Assembly (NCBI RefSeq): GCF_006345805.1 | Contig: NC_043024.1 | Coordinates: forward strand, 9,548,001-9,612,000 | Length of the DNA: 64,000 nucleotides | Direction of reading: 5' to 3' | DNA from: Octopus sinensis | Taxonomy: Eukaryota | Shown: one piece after another, positions 1 through 11,874 of the stretch | How positions within the stretch are numbered: the first letter of the stretch is position 1 | Layout: each line of letters starts with the position of its first letter | Translations under genes and position numbers: made by a program | Notes under the pieces: generated by a model | Told to the model about the DNA's origin: nothing | The model's input: only the letters and a program-made list of their open reading frames with translations | Databases searched by the model: none

Positions 1-324
1 AAGAAGACATCTGTTCCCGAAGAAATTTTGCACAGCATTCCTATAGTCAGAGAAATTGCCGACGATATTACAATTAATAGTAATGATAATGATAGTAATG
101 ATAATGAATAGTATCGTGGCCAATGCTAGCAACAAAATTTACACCTATCATAACAATAAAAACTCTGTCTTAGTATCGGATGTTAACCCCAACAGATTAA
201 AGTTCCTATCCAAAAATTCCTAAATTAGAAACACCATTTACCAGTGCAAAATTTCTTCGGGAACCGATGTCTTCTTCTACATTGGAGCAACTTCTTCTTT
301 TGGCTGTCTCCACACGTATACTCA

Positions 325-489
325 GGCGCAGGAGTGGCTGCGCGGTAAGTAGCTTGCTTACCAGCCACATGGTTCCGGGTTCAGTTCCACTGAGTGGCAC
401 CTTGGGTAAGTGTCTTCTACTATAGCCTCAGGTCGACCCAAGCCTTGTGAGTGGATTTGGCAGACGGAAACTGAAAGAAGCCCATCCTA

Positions 490-542
<53 letters not shown>

Positions 543-775
543 TATATTGTGTGTGTGTGTGTGTGTGTGTATATGTTTGTATGTCTGTGTTTGTCCCACC
601 AACATCGTTTACAACCGGTGCTGGTGTGTTTATGTCCCCGTAACTTAGCGGTTTGGCACAAGAGACCGATAGAATAAGTACTAGGCTTACAAAGAATAAG
701 TCCTGGGGTCGATTTGTTCGACTCAAGGCGGTGCTCCAGCATGGCCACAGTACAAATGACTGGAACAAGTAAAAG
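325..775 (+). mobile_element. tRNA-derived SINE, family A (most abundant; representative full copy)
   Basis: Head GGCGCAGGAGTGGCTG..GGTAAG (A box) and GGTTCCGGGTTCAGT (B box), GGCACCTTGGG(C/T)AAGTGTCTT CORE-like segment, internal (TA)/(TG) microsatellite, 3' CAGT(C/A)-AAAT-GACTG hairpin and (AAAAGAGT)n tail. Other copies approx. + 8390-8880, 9085-9500, 21088-21500, 41395-41810, 52617-53320, 55585-55920, 55935-56335, 56545-56930; - 2340-2930, 15970-16375, 33205-33625, 41960-42355, 50200-50595, 50785-51200, 59735-59875. Confidence 0.9.
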
Positions 776-979
776 AGAGAGAGAGAGTATATATATATAT
801 ACATATATATGTGTGTGTGTGTGTGTGTATGTGTGTGTATATGTGTGTGTGTATGTGTGTGTGTATGTGTGTGTATGTGTGTGTGTGTGTATGTGTGTGT
901 ATTACGTGGCACCACGCATATGAATGTGTGTGTACGCGTGCGCGCTCGCGCGTTGTTTTCACAGGAATTATCATCTCAC

Positions 980-991
980 ACTAACACCCGA

Positions 992-1025
<34 letters not shown>

Positions 1026-1520
1026 CGTGATGGTAGTAGTATGGTGGTGGTGGTGGTGGGTGGTGGTGGTGGGTTGTGGTAGTAGTAGTATAGTAGTAGT
1101 AGTAGTAGTATTGGGGGTGTGGTGGTGGTGGTGGTGGTGGTGGTGGTGGTAGTAGTAGTAGTAGTTATAGTATTGGTGGTGGTGGTGGTGGTGGTGTGGT
1201 GGTGGTGTTGGTGAGTAGTGTGGTGGTGGTGGTAGTAGTATGGTGGTGGTGGTGTGTGGTGGTGGTGGTGTGGTGGTGTAGTGGTGGTGGTGGTGGTGGT
1301 GGTGTTGTGGTGGTAGAGTAGTAGTAGTAGTGGTGGTGGTGGTGGTAGTAGTAGTGGTGGTGGTGGTGGTGGTGGTGGTGTGGAGTAGTGTAGTGGTGGT
1401 GGTGGTGGTGGTGGTGGGTGGTGGTAGTAGTAGTAGTATTAGTAGTAGTAGTAGTAGTAGTAATTAGTAGCAGTAGTTTTAGTAGTATAGTATTGGTGGT
1501 GGTAGTAGCATATTAGTTGT
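980..1520. repeat. compound (GGT)n/(AGT)n trinucleotide microsatellite
   Basis: Direct reading; a related tract is at 1920-2045. Confidence 0.95.
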
Positions 1521-1523
1521 AGT

Positions 1524-1912
1524 GTGGAGGCGCAATGGCCCAGTGGTTAGGGCAGCGACTCGCGGTCGTAGGATCGCGGTTTCGATTCCCAGACCGGGCG
1601 TGTGAGTGTTTTTGAGCGGTGAACGAACACCTAAAAGCTCCACGAGGCTCCGGCAGGGGATGGTGGTGATCCCTGCTGTACTCTTTCACCACAACTTTCT
1701 CTCACTCTTACTTCCTGTTTCTGTTGTAACCTGTTTTTCAAGGGGCCGGCCTGTCACTCTCTGTGTCACGCTGAATATCCCCGAGAACTACGTTAAGGGT
1801 ACACGTGTCTGTGGAGTGCTCAGCCACTTACACGTTAATTTCACGAGCAGGCTGTTCCGTTGATTCGGATCAACCGGAACCCTCGTCGTCGTAACCGACG
1901 GAGTGCTTCCAT
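1524..1912 (+). mobile_element. tRNA-derived SINE, family C (representative copy)
   Basis: Head GTGGAGGCGCAATGGCCCAGTGGTTAGGGCAGC..GGTTTCGATTCC with A/B boxes. Near-identical copy 48835-49215; variant-tail copies 12338-12625, 12665-12930, 13015-13280, 53835-54130. Confidence 0.88.
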
Positions 1913-2554
1913 TCCATTAGTTGTAGTAGTAGTAGCAGCAGCAGCAGTAGTAATAGCAGTAGTAGTAGTAGTAGTAGTAGTAATGGGGATGGTGGTGGAA
2001 GTGGCGGCGGTAGCAGTGGTGGTGGGGTGGTGGAGGTGGTGGTGGGATCTTGACCGGGTCATCGTGAGTCAGCTGTTGTAGCCGTCTGACTCACCCCCAC
2101 CCCCCCCACCACAACAGGTCATCATCTCCTAGTGTTGACAGTGTGGAAAGGGAGATCAGTCGAACAGAAGGGATTTGTGATGGATTTACTGAATATAAAG
2201 ACTAAAGACTAAAGCATTAGCTTGAAAGACACACACACACACACTCACTCACACACACACACATACACACATATGTGTGTATGTATATATGTACGTGTGT
2301 AAATGTATATGTATGTGCGTGTATGTACTCTCGTGTACTCTTTTACTTGTTTCAGTCATTTGACTGTGGCCATGCTGGAGCACCGCCTTTAGTCGAGCAA
2401 ATCGACCCTAGGACTTATTCTTTGTAAGCCCAGTACTTATTCTAACGGTTTCTTTTGCCGAACTACTAAGTTACGGGGACGTAAACACACCAGCATAGGT
2501 TATCAACGATGTTGGAAGGACAAACACATTTGCTTGACTAAAGGCGGTGCTCCA

Positions 2555-2621
<67 letters not shown>

Positions 2622-2626
2622 TAGAT

Positions 2627-2657
<31 letters not shown>

Positions 2658-2672
2658 TATATATATATATAT

Positions 2673-2711
<39 letters not shown>

Positions 2712-3388
2712 TATATATTATATATATATATACATACATATATATACACCATACATACATGTATAAGACGGGCTTCTTTCAGTTTCCGTCTACCAAATCC
2801 ACTCACAAGGCTTTGGTCGACTGTGGCTATAGTAGAAGACACTTGCCCAAGGTGCCACGAAGTGGGACTGAACCCAGAACCATGTGGTTCGTAAGCAAGC
2901 TACTTACCACACAGCCACTCCTACGCCTATATATATATATATTCTTTTATTCTTTTACGTGTTTTAGTCATTTGACTACGGCCATGCTGGAGCATGGCCT
3001 TATGTCAGCAAACACAGACACATAAGCATATATGTATATATATATAATATATATATATATAATATGAAATAAGAAAATGGAGAAATGCATCTTAATCAAT
3101 AATCAACTACCAGATAATACCCATCACATAATTTATTAAACCACTACATATGAACATTAAGGTCAACATAACAATATAGAACAAAACAATGTAATCAATG
3201 ATAATATGATACAATAAGTACAGTATGTATAAGAGAATATAAATAAATACAAATATAAATATAAATCGCAATTCTTAACATTTATGTATTATCTTTGTTG
3301 GGTGCTTTACTAGCAGTATATTGGATATATGTTATCCCATGGTGGGTTGCACTTACAACCCCTATCTCAATATGTAATTTTATATTTA

Positions 3389-3784
3389 TCTTTATATATA
3401 AAAGAGAAGTTGTGTGTCTGTCTCCTACGATTTAGATTCCTAACTACTCCCACATTTTGCGGTGCAGTTTAACCAAAAGCGGGTATCTTATAGTCGTGAG
3501 TCATATCGAGCCCTTCTGGGTATTAGCGCGCGTCTACGATGAGTCTACGATTTAAAAATATATTTACCATCATTTTTTTCCATTTTAATGCATTTTTTGC
3601 TATTATATAAGGGAAGTAACTCTCTAAAATGTTTACGATGAGTCAACGATTTTTTAAAAAATTACCATCATTTTTTTTTCCATTTTTAATGCATTTTTTT
3701 GCTACTTTTGGGCTATAACTCTCTAAAAGTGCTTATATAGTTATTTCCCTTACAAACCCGAGCAACGCCGGGCGATACTGCTAG
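3389..3784 (+). mobile_element. non-autonomous Helitron
   Basis: A|TC 5' end (TCTTTATATATAAAAG), 3' hairpin CCCG-AGCAACGC-CGGG then CTAG|T; no TSD; internal ~100-bp duplication (about 3536-3730). Confidence 0.85.
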
Positions 3785-4061
3785 TATATATATATACGAC
3801 AGGCTTCTTTCAGTTTCCGTCTACCAATTCCACTCACAAGGCTTTGGTCGGCCCGAGGGCATATTAGAAGATACTTGCCCAAGGTGCCACGCAGTGGGAA
3901 TGAACCCGCAACCATGTGGTTGGTAAGCAAACATCTTACAACGTTGAAATTTACAGAAAAACAAAAGACGATGACGTGTATAAACAAGCTGGTGTATATA
4001 TATATATATATAGCAAGAGTTTGAGAGAAAGAGAGAAAGTGTGGGAGAGTGACTGACAGAT

Positions 4062-4118
<57 letters not shown>

Positions 4119-5107
4119 AGAGATAGATAGATAGAGAGGTAGATATGTCTCTTTATTAGCCACACAGGGCTGCACACAGACAGGACAAAATTACAAGGTA
4201 GAGTTTTTCTTTTGGGGGTAAAAGAAGGGGGTTTGGTTTTCGATCAAAAGGGATCGTAAATGGAAAGAAAGAGGACAAAAAAATAGATAGATAGATAGAT
4301 AAAAAAAGGTGTTTATGTGTGTATATGAGTGTGTGTGTATGTGTGTGTGTATGTGTGTGTGTACTTGGTCAAGCGTGACTAAAGAACAACGACAGCCGAC
4401 TCCACAACGGAAACCTCTTGATAGAGACGTGTTGGCAGAATCGTTAGCACACCGGGCAAAATTTGTTAAAATATTTTGTCTATCTCGACGTTCTGAGTTC
4501 AAATTCCACCGAGGTCGATTTTAGCTTTCATCCTTTCGGGGTCAATAAAATACGAACCAGTCAAGTGCTGGGGTCGATGTTATTGACTTAGCCCCGTCCC
4601 CTGAAATCGCGGGCCCTGTACCAAAATGAGACCAATATGACAGAAACCTCTACGTGGTCACTCGACTTGCTAGAAATAATAATCGAATCTCCATCATATT
4701 ACATTCTACAGTCTAAATTTAAACAATGGGAAGGTCACATGTGGATTGATCACGCCTACAGCATCTTTGATTGTAGCTCGACAGGATTAGGGCTAAATAA
4801 TAACAACAAAGAAGGTCACATTAGATAATATTATCTTAGGTACACAGTGTCTGTATATAAAAGATAGGTTGGTCACGGCTGGGACGCCTTTGATTAAAAT
4901 ATCTGTTCGCTGAGGCTTCACCCAGGTCTAAACAACAGCAATTACACAAGGAAATACACATTAGATAATGTTGTCCAAGATACACTATGCCTGAATAAAA
5001 AAAATGGAATGGTCACGACTGGAACGTCTATGATCGTAGGCCGACTGGTTTTACGACTGAACAACAATTACAAACACCAGAAAATACTTGATTGCAAATA
5101 TACTTAC

Positions 5108-5167
5108 CTGAATGACACACGTCTGACTTATTGACAATCCGTCTTTTGGTGCAATAGTGGTGGTCAT
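5108..5167 (-). CDS. candidate first coding exon of an unidentified minus-strand gene (MTTTIAPKDGLSISQTCVIQ)
   Basis: ATG at 5167, 20 open codons, then consensus donor CAG|GTAAGTA; YY1-like AAATGGCGG about 60 nt upstream. No partner exon found in the window. Confidence 0.3.
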
Positions 5168-5332
5168 GTTTATTTAAAGCGTTTAAGTTAGTTGTTATTG
5201 CTTAGCAACGAACAGAGAAGCCTTCCGCCATTTAAATTTAATAAACGAAGGGAAAGAACTCTTAAAGTTTTAAATTCTAAGACGTCAAGGAGTTATGTCC
5301 CTTATTTTAACAGCTTTAACATATTCCATAGA

Positions 5333-5475
5333 AACACAACCTGCGGCCCGCGGGACTTTCCGATTGCCGCGCTTAAACGAAAAGTTACTGAAATTTTTTT
5401 TAACTAGTGCGGCCCGCCTGATAATGAGAGATCTTTCATGCGGCCCGCTTCTCTTATTAAAGGTTGTCCGTGCCT
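5333..5475. mobile_element. hAT-like MITE remnant
   Basis: Three TGCGGCCCGC motifs and terminal ACAACC..GGTTGT(CCGTGCC), resembling subterminal motifs of hAT/Charlie-type elements. Confidence 0.45.
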
Positions 5476-5550
5476 ACTTTAAAACAAGGGGTTACATACC
5501 AGCCGTGTCTCGAACCCAAGCTTTCAAATTTGGACACAAAGCCAGCAATA

Positions 5551-5928
5551 GGATCTTTTCGGTTTGAACGGCAGTTTTTTCTAGCGGTGTCATATGAAAT
5601 TGTCACCCATAATTATGACCCTAGTATCGATCTATTGCATTTCAATTTGTTTTAGGGTTAGGGTTAGGGATGTGGGAAGGGTATCTTTTTTTCTTCACAA
5701 ATGTAAATAAACCCAATCTGATTCTTAAACGAGGGACTTATTCATACGGCACAGAATGTTTTTTACCTCAATAGACGTCATTGATTGGTTTGGTTGAAAT
5801 TGAATTTTCTCAATAAAGCCAAGAGAAAAAGATGTTTTATAAACACATTCTACCAGTATACGAAGTTTAAAAGTGTTTAGTTACATGGAAATTATTTTTA
5901 AAAACTGCCGTTCAAACCGAAAAGATCC
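5551..5928. mobile_element. MITE with 29-bp perfect TIRs and 8-bp TSD (Merlin-like; hAT not excluded)
   Basis: TIR GGATCTTTTCGGTTTGAACGGCAGTTTTT at 5551-5579 and inverted at 5900-5928; TSD CAGCAATA at 5543-5550 and 5929-5936; internal TTAGGGTTAGGG. Internal sequence recurs near 43210-43335. Confidence 0.85.
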
Positions 5929-6456
5929 CAGCAATATTGAGGCAAAGTTCAAGCTAATTATACCGACCCCAATTTTCGACTGTACTTTATTTTATCGATC
6001 TTGAAAGGATGAATGGCTAAGTCGCCAACGGTGGCATTTGAACTCAGAATGTAGACTGCCGCAAGAAATGCCGCCAAGCATTTTGTACGACGCGCTAAAG
6101 ATTGTGCCCGCTCGTCTATTTGTATTTAATAACAATTCTCTCTGTGATCAGCAATTTTGAGGGGAGGGGTCAAGACCATTATAAGGACCCCCAGTACATG
6201 ACTGGTACTTTGTTTTATCGACCCTGAAAATATGAAAGACAAAATCAACTTCGGCCTAATTTGAACTTAGAACACAAAGAGCCGGAAGAAATACCGCTAA
6301 AAATGGTGCCAGCGCACCGCCTTCCCTCCCCGCCTCTACTCCCCTCTTAAAACTATAAGATTGATTTCATACTCCCCACACACACACACATCTTTATTAA
6401 TGAAGAAGACAAAAAAAAAACAGAGTTTTTTCGTATATAAATATTTTTTGGCGATC

Positions 6457-6591
6457 CTTCGGAATAGGTACCGTAAGTACCGGAAGTGGCTTTGTTTACA
6501 TTTCTGAAGATAACAGAAACCCTTTTCTCCCACCCCTAACCCTAACCATAACCCTAACTTTCTTGAAATGTATCCGGTACCTATACCGAAG
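6457..6591. mobile_element. small inverted-repeat element containing CCCTAA repeats
   Basis: 17-bp IR CTTCGG(A/T)ATAGGTACCG (1 mismatch) flanking CCCTAACCCTAACCATAACCCTAA. Confidence 0.5.
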
Positions 6592-6920
6592 TTACACCTA
6601 TTTTTTTTTTTTATCATGTTGTTGCTTAAGATTTTTAAACATATTTAAAAACTCTTGCTCCAGCATGACCGCAACTGCATGACTGAAAGGAATAAAAGAA
6701 TAAAAGAATAAAACATGGCAGTTTGTCCATCTTCTCCCCACCCGCTTTCCAATCCTCACTACCTCCCACTGCCACCATCACCTCTCCCTTTGAGTTAGAA
6801 TGAACTCGGTTTGAATCTCAGACAAAAATACTAAGGGAATAACTGCTGTTCAGGGCCCCACCTAACATTATTTCTTTTTTTTTTCTTTATGTTTTGTTTT
6901 TGTCACTAGCCTTTGATTGT

Positions 6921-6965
6921 CTCACACTGAGGACGGGTAACCACCCAGAAACCCGGGTCTGTGAG
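6921..6965 (+). ncRNA. minimal type I hammerhead ribozyme
   Basis: Stem I CTCACA/TGTGAG, core CTGAGGA, stem II (C)GGGT-AACC-ACCC(A), GAAA, palindromic stem III ACCCGGGT, GUC cleavage triplet (C6959). The 10.1-11.1 pair is a C-A mismatch. Confidence 0.8.
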
Positions 6966-7631
6966 TATCAGGTAAGGTTAGAGATGAGAACAATGACCTC
7001 CCTTGCAGATGCTATACAGACACAAACTGTGTGTCGATAGTCTGCTGGAAAAGATGTTTTCCTGGGGCTAAAACAACATTGTCCTTTATAGGACTAACAC
7101 ATTCTGTTGGCATATAGACCTTTACTGTTCTTAATATCGTTTTTTTTTTTTTTTTTACTTGTTTCAGTTACTAGATTGCTATTGGTCTCATTTGTAGTCG
7201 CCTGTCAATGTTCTAGTTTCTGTAGATTTTGTCCAGGTTGCTTTTGGTCTGCCATGCTTTCGTTTCCCTCAGGGTATCCATTAGGGGAATTGCTTTATGA
7301 TGTTAGAAAGCTTCCCAATAAGAGAAGAGTAAAATGAAAATCTAAGTCATTTCACATCATAGGCAAAGCAGGACAGAGCATAAAAATAGAGAGGGATTTG
7401 GAAAGCCACAGCAGTCTTTAAGATGCTCGCACCAGTTTAAGGGCTCACACACCTTGTCAACAAGCACAAAGCTAGGATCTTTAATATGAACGTGGGGACG
7501 GTTTTGCTGTATGTGTATGAAACATGGTGGGTCATAAAGTTTTCCATCGACAAAATTCAGACATTTACGAATAGAATAGAAATAATACATTTCTAAATAT
7601 CTCAGAGAGATTTATGCATTAGTTATATGAT

Positions 7632-7928
7632 AAAGTAGTTGTATACTGTCAACTTAATGTGGCAGTCCCATGAAGGGAATCATACTACTGCTATTTAGCC
7701 CTAGGAAGCATCAACGCTTCCTGTCGGCCTTGACACATTTCCTATGTCCTTATGCTTACAAGGGGGAGACTAACTCAGCGAAGGTGCTTGTCTCTCCCTT
7801 GTAATCATAAGGACACAGGAAATGTGTCAAGGCTGACAGGAAGCGTTGATGCTTCCTAGGGCTAAATAGCAGTAGTATGATTCCCTTCGTGGGACTGCCA
7901 CATTAAGTTGACAGTATACAACTACTTT
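7632..7928. repeat. near-perfect foldback/palindrome, ~139-bp arms, 19-nt loop
   Basis: Arms 7632-7770 and 7790-7928 are reverse complements with only a few mismatches. Confidence 0.92.
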
Positions 7929-9600
7929 GTCTCTGAATAAATAGATGGCAAAACGTTTAAGAATAGATGTCTTTGGAACATTGTTTGGGTGTGATGGCAA
8001 AACAGACTCACGTAAAAAGCAGCCTTGTGGGAACAATCGAACCAGAAACCTATGAAAAACCCAGATCAAAAGGAGGATGGCTAGGATCCACCCGACGGAA
8101 ACAAGTTTCCAATATTTATAAGTACAATGAAAACAGTAAAACACAAAACGAAAACTTTAAAAGGAACGGTAAAAGCGCCATACAGAGGGTGAATAAACAC
8201 GCTGGGAATTATGTTGGTAAATTTTAGAAAACATGGAATTTTTGAAGGATGCAGTGTCCTGACATCTAACAACCAATGTAGATAATATATTCCACGTTTT
8301 GACATTTCTGAGCGTGAAAATGTTTCCAAAAGTCATGGATGCTAAGTTGTTTTTTGATTTTATAAGCAAATCCATGAGTCATGTTGATAGGCGTAGGAGT
8401 GGCTGTGTGGTAAGTAGCTTGCTTACGAACCACATGGTTCCGGGTTCAGTCCCACTGCATGGCACCTTGAGCAAGTGTATCCTACTATAGCCTCGGACCG
8501 ACCAAAACCTTGTGAGTGGATTTGGTAGATGGAAACTGAAAAGAAGCTTGTCGTATATATGTATGTATGTATATATATATATACACACACATACACACAC
8601 ACACACATATTAATATATATATCATCATATATATATATATATATATATGTGTATGTATGTATGTGTGTGTGTATGTTTGTGTGTCTGTTTGTCCCCCAAC
8701 ATCACTTGACAACCGATGCTGGTGTGTTTACGTCCCCGTAACCTAGCGGTTCAGCAAAAGAGACCGATAGAATAAGTACTGGGCTTACAAAAGAATAAGT
8801 TCTGGGGTTTATTTGCTCGACTAAAGGCGGTGCTCCAGCATGGCCGCAGTCAAATGAGTGAAACAAGTAAAAGAGTAAAAGAGTATTGAATTCAAAAAGG
8901 TGGCTAAAGTTATTGTCGGAAAGATGGTGGTGAATCTTGTGAGTTTGTACCAAGTCAGTTGCTGGATTTCCTCAATTAAACAAACAATTTCATGTTTAAT
9001 TTCCTATCAATATTATATTTATCAACAAATTTCAAAATGTGACTCTGCAAAGTTTCATTTAAAAAATATCCATTATTACTGACCAAGGAGGAGTGGCTGT
9101 GTGGTAAGTAGCTTGCTAACCAACCACATGGTTCCGGGTTCAGTCCCACTGCGTGACACCTTGGGCAAGTGTCTTCTGCTATAGCCCCGGGCCGACCAAT
9201 GCCTTGTGAGTGTATTTGGTAGACGGAAACTGAAAGAAGCCTGTCGTATATATGTATATGTATATATATAAGTGTGTGTGTATGTGTTTGTGTGTCTGTG
9301 TTTCTCCCCCTAGCATTGCTTAACAACCGATGCTGGTGTGTTTACGTCCCCGTCACTTAGCGGTTCGGCAAAAGAGACCGATAGAATAAGTACTGGGCTT
9401 ACAAAAGAATAAGTCCCGGGGTTGATTTGCTCGACTAAAGGCGGTGCTCCAGCATGGCCGCAGTCAAATGACTGAAACAAGTAAAAGAGTAAAAGAGTAA
9501 AGAGATTAATACTGAATTTGAACTCAGAACGTAAAGACAAACAAAATACCTATTTCTTTATTAAAACATACATACATGTAACACACTGCTTAAATACAAA

Positions 9601-9760
9601 TCTTGAGAAATTAGGCTTCTCAAAGCCAGAAAGGAGAAAGCTGATTGGAAGACTACAGATCCAATCCATCACTGGAACTGTAAAAGTGTGAAACTTTCCA
9701 GAAGTTTATCATTTAAATATTTATGAGCATGTCTAGATATGTAACTATATGCATGAGAAT
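9601..9760 (+). mobile_element. 3' end fragment of a non-LTR retrotransposon (possibly R4/Dong-like)
   Basis: LEKLGFSKPERRKLIGRLQIQSITGTVKV[fs]CKTFQKFII* running into (ATAC)n; related ICKTFLKFQM* starts right after the tract at 10296. Clade assignment is by resemblance only. Confidence 0.45.
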
Positions 9761-9774
9761 ACATACATAAGACA

Positions 9775-9808
<34 letters not shown>

Positions 9809-10110
9809 CATACATACATACATACATACCTTCATTTATTCATTCATACATACATACATGCATACATACATATATACATACATTCATACATTCATACATA
9901 CATACATACGTACAAACATACATACATACATACATATATACATACATACATACATACATTCATACATACATACATACATACATATATACATACATACATA
10001 CACACATACATACATACATACATTCATACATACATACATTCATACATACATACATACATACATACATACATACATACATACATACATACATGCATGCATG
10101 CATGCATGCA

Positions 10111-10144
<34 letters not shown>

Positions 10145-10268
10145 CATATATACATTCATACATACATACATACACTCATACATACATACATACACACATA
10201 CATACATACATACACATACATACACACACACACACACATACACATACATACATACATACATACATACA

Positions 10269-10298
<30 letters not shown>
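9760..10298. repeat. (ATAC)n microsatellite, ~540 bp
   Basis: Direct reading; source of the HTYI-repeat ORFs. Confidence 0.97.
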
Positions 10299-10299
<1 letters not shown>

Positions 10300-10562
10300 G
10301 CAAAACTTTTCTCAAGTTCCAAATGTGAATTTGTCTGTATTAAGTTCATCCCAAAGATGGAGCCTTGTATCTTTGCTGGAAAGCAGCTCCCTTTTCAGTG
10401 GAAGATTTACAACAATAATTAAAAAAATATAAGAGACACATATGTACAAACAAAAATATACTATTGTTCATGCTGAAATTCCAATGAAGGAGCCTTGAAT
10501 CTAGGTTAGAAACCAGCTCTTTCTCTATTGGCAAGAAATCTGAAATAAAACTGAACAATGAC

Positions 10563-10638
<76 letters not shown>

Positions 10639-10671
10639 GTAGATGTAATAGTGACAATTATTCGGTAGCCA

Positions 10672-10734
10672 AGATAAAACTCTGAGTTTCGGATGCCGAG
10701 GTGGAAATCCACAACACCATCTCTTCGGTTATCT
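10672..10734 (-). ncRNA. type I hammerhead ribozyme (U4C core variant)
   Basis: Minus strand AGATAA CCGAAGA GATGGTGTTGTGGATTTCCACCTCGGCATCC GAAA CTC-A-GAG T T TTATCT: 6-bp stem I (extends to 9 bp with one bulge), extended stem II, near-palindromic stem III ACTCAGAGT, GUU triplet. Confidence 0.7.
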
Positions 10735-11026
10735 GGCATCTGAAAAACGCTACGAAGAAATGGTGGTGTGGATTTCCACCTCAATTTCCTCTATTTACAT
10801 AATATTTAGGTCTCTTTCTTTCTTTTGTTATCTTACCGTTTTTACCAATATATATATATATATATATATATAAGTTTAGTAAAAATTTAGATTCAGTTGA
10901 ATATGGTACTTAAGTTAAAGGCACCAGAATTTAAGTATGGTATTATTCATATAATTCAAAATGGGGTGATTATAATCAAAATAAGCAACTGCATTACCTT
11001 TGGATATCCTTGTTGCTTATTTTGAT

Positions 11027-11415
<389 letters not shown>

Positions 11416-11624
11416 ATATGGGCGTGGCCATTGCCAGTACCACCAAACTGGCCCTCGTGCCGCTGGTACGTAAAAGCACCCACTACACTCTCAGAGTGTT
11501 TGGCGTTAGGAAGGGCATCCCACTGTAGAAGCTCTGCCAGATCAGATTGGAGTCTGGTTTGCCAGTCCTCAGTCTGATGATGATGATGATGATAGATATA
11601 GATATATAGTAGGAATAATGGGTA

Positions 11625-11874
11625 CGGAAGATAGAGTATGCTGGGAACTTTCTTTGTCACAACAGTCGTTTCGACACACCCTGTACCGTTCCCTCGTAGG
11701 TGGGAAACTATACGAAACATTACTTATGTAACGAGAAACTGACTTGCATCACCTGAAGAAAAGCTTCTGCACTGTGACTCATTTTATAGTTGCCCCCACC
11801 CTCGAGGGAACGGTACAGGGTGTGTCGAAACGATCGTTGTGACAAAGAAAGTTTCCAGTATGCTCTGTCTTTCG
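11625..11874. repeat. foldback element, ~80-bp imperfect inverted arms, ~90-bp spacer
   Basis: 11625-11704 is the reverse complement of 11795-11874 with scattered, mostly transition, mismatches. Confidence 0.85.

Noticed and set aside
1524-1600. tRNA-like heads with A/B boxes (also 36445-36518 and all family A/C copies)
   Set aside because: No complete acceptor-stem cloverleaf recognised; each continues into a SINE body or a simple-repeat tail.
5655-6557. TTAGGG/CCCTAA repeats as telomeric sequence
   Set aside because: Only 2-4 units each, inside inverted-repeat elements.
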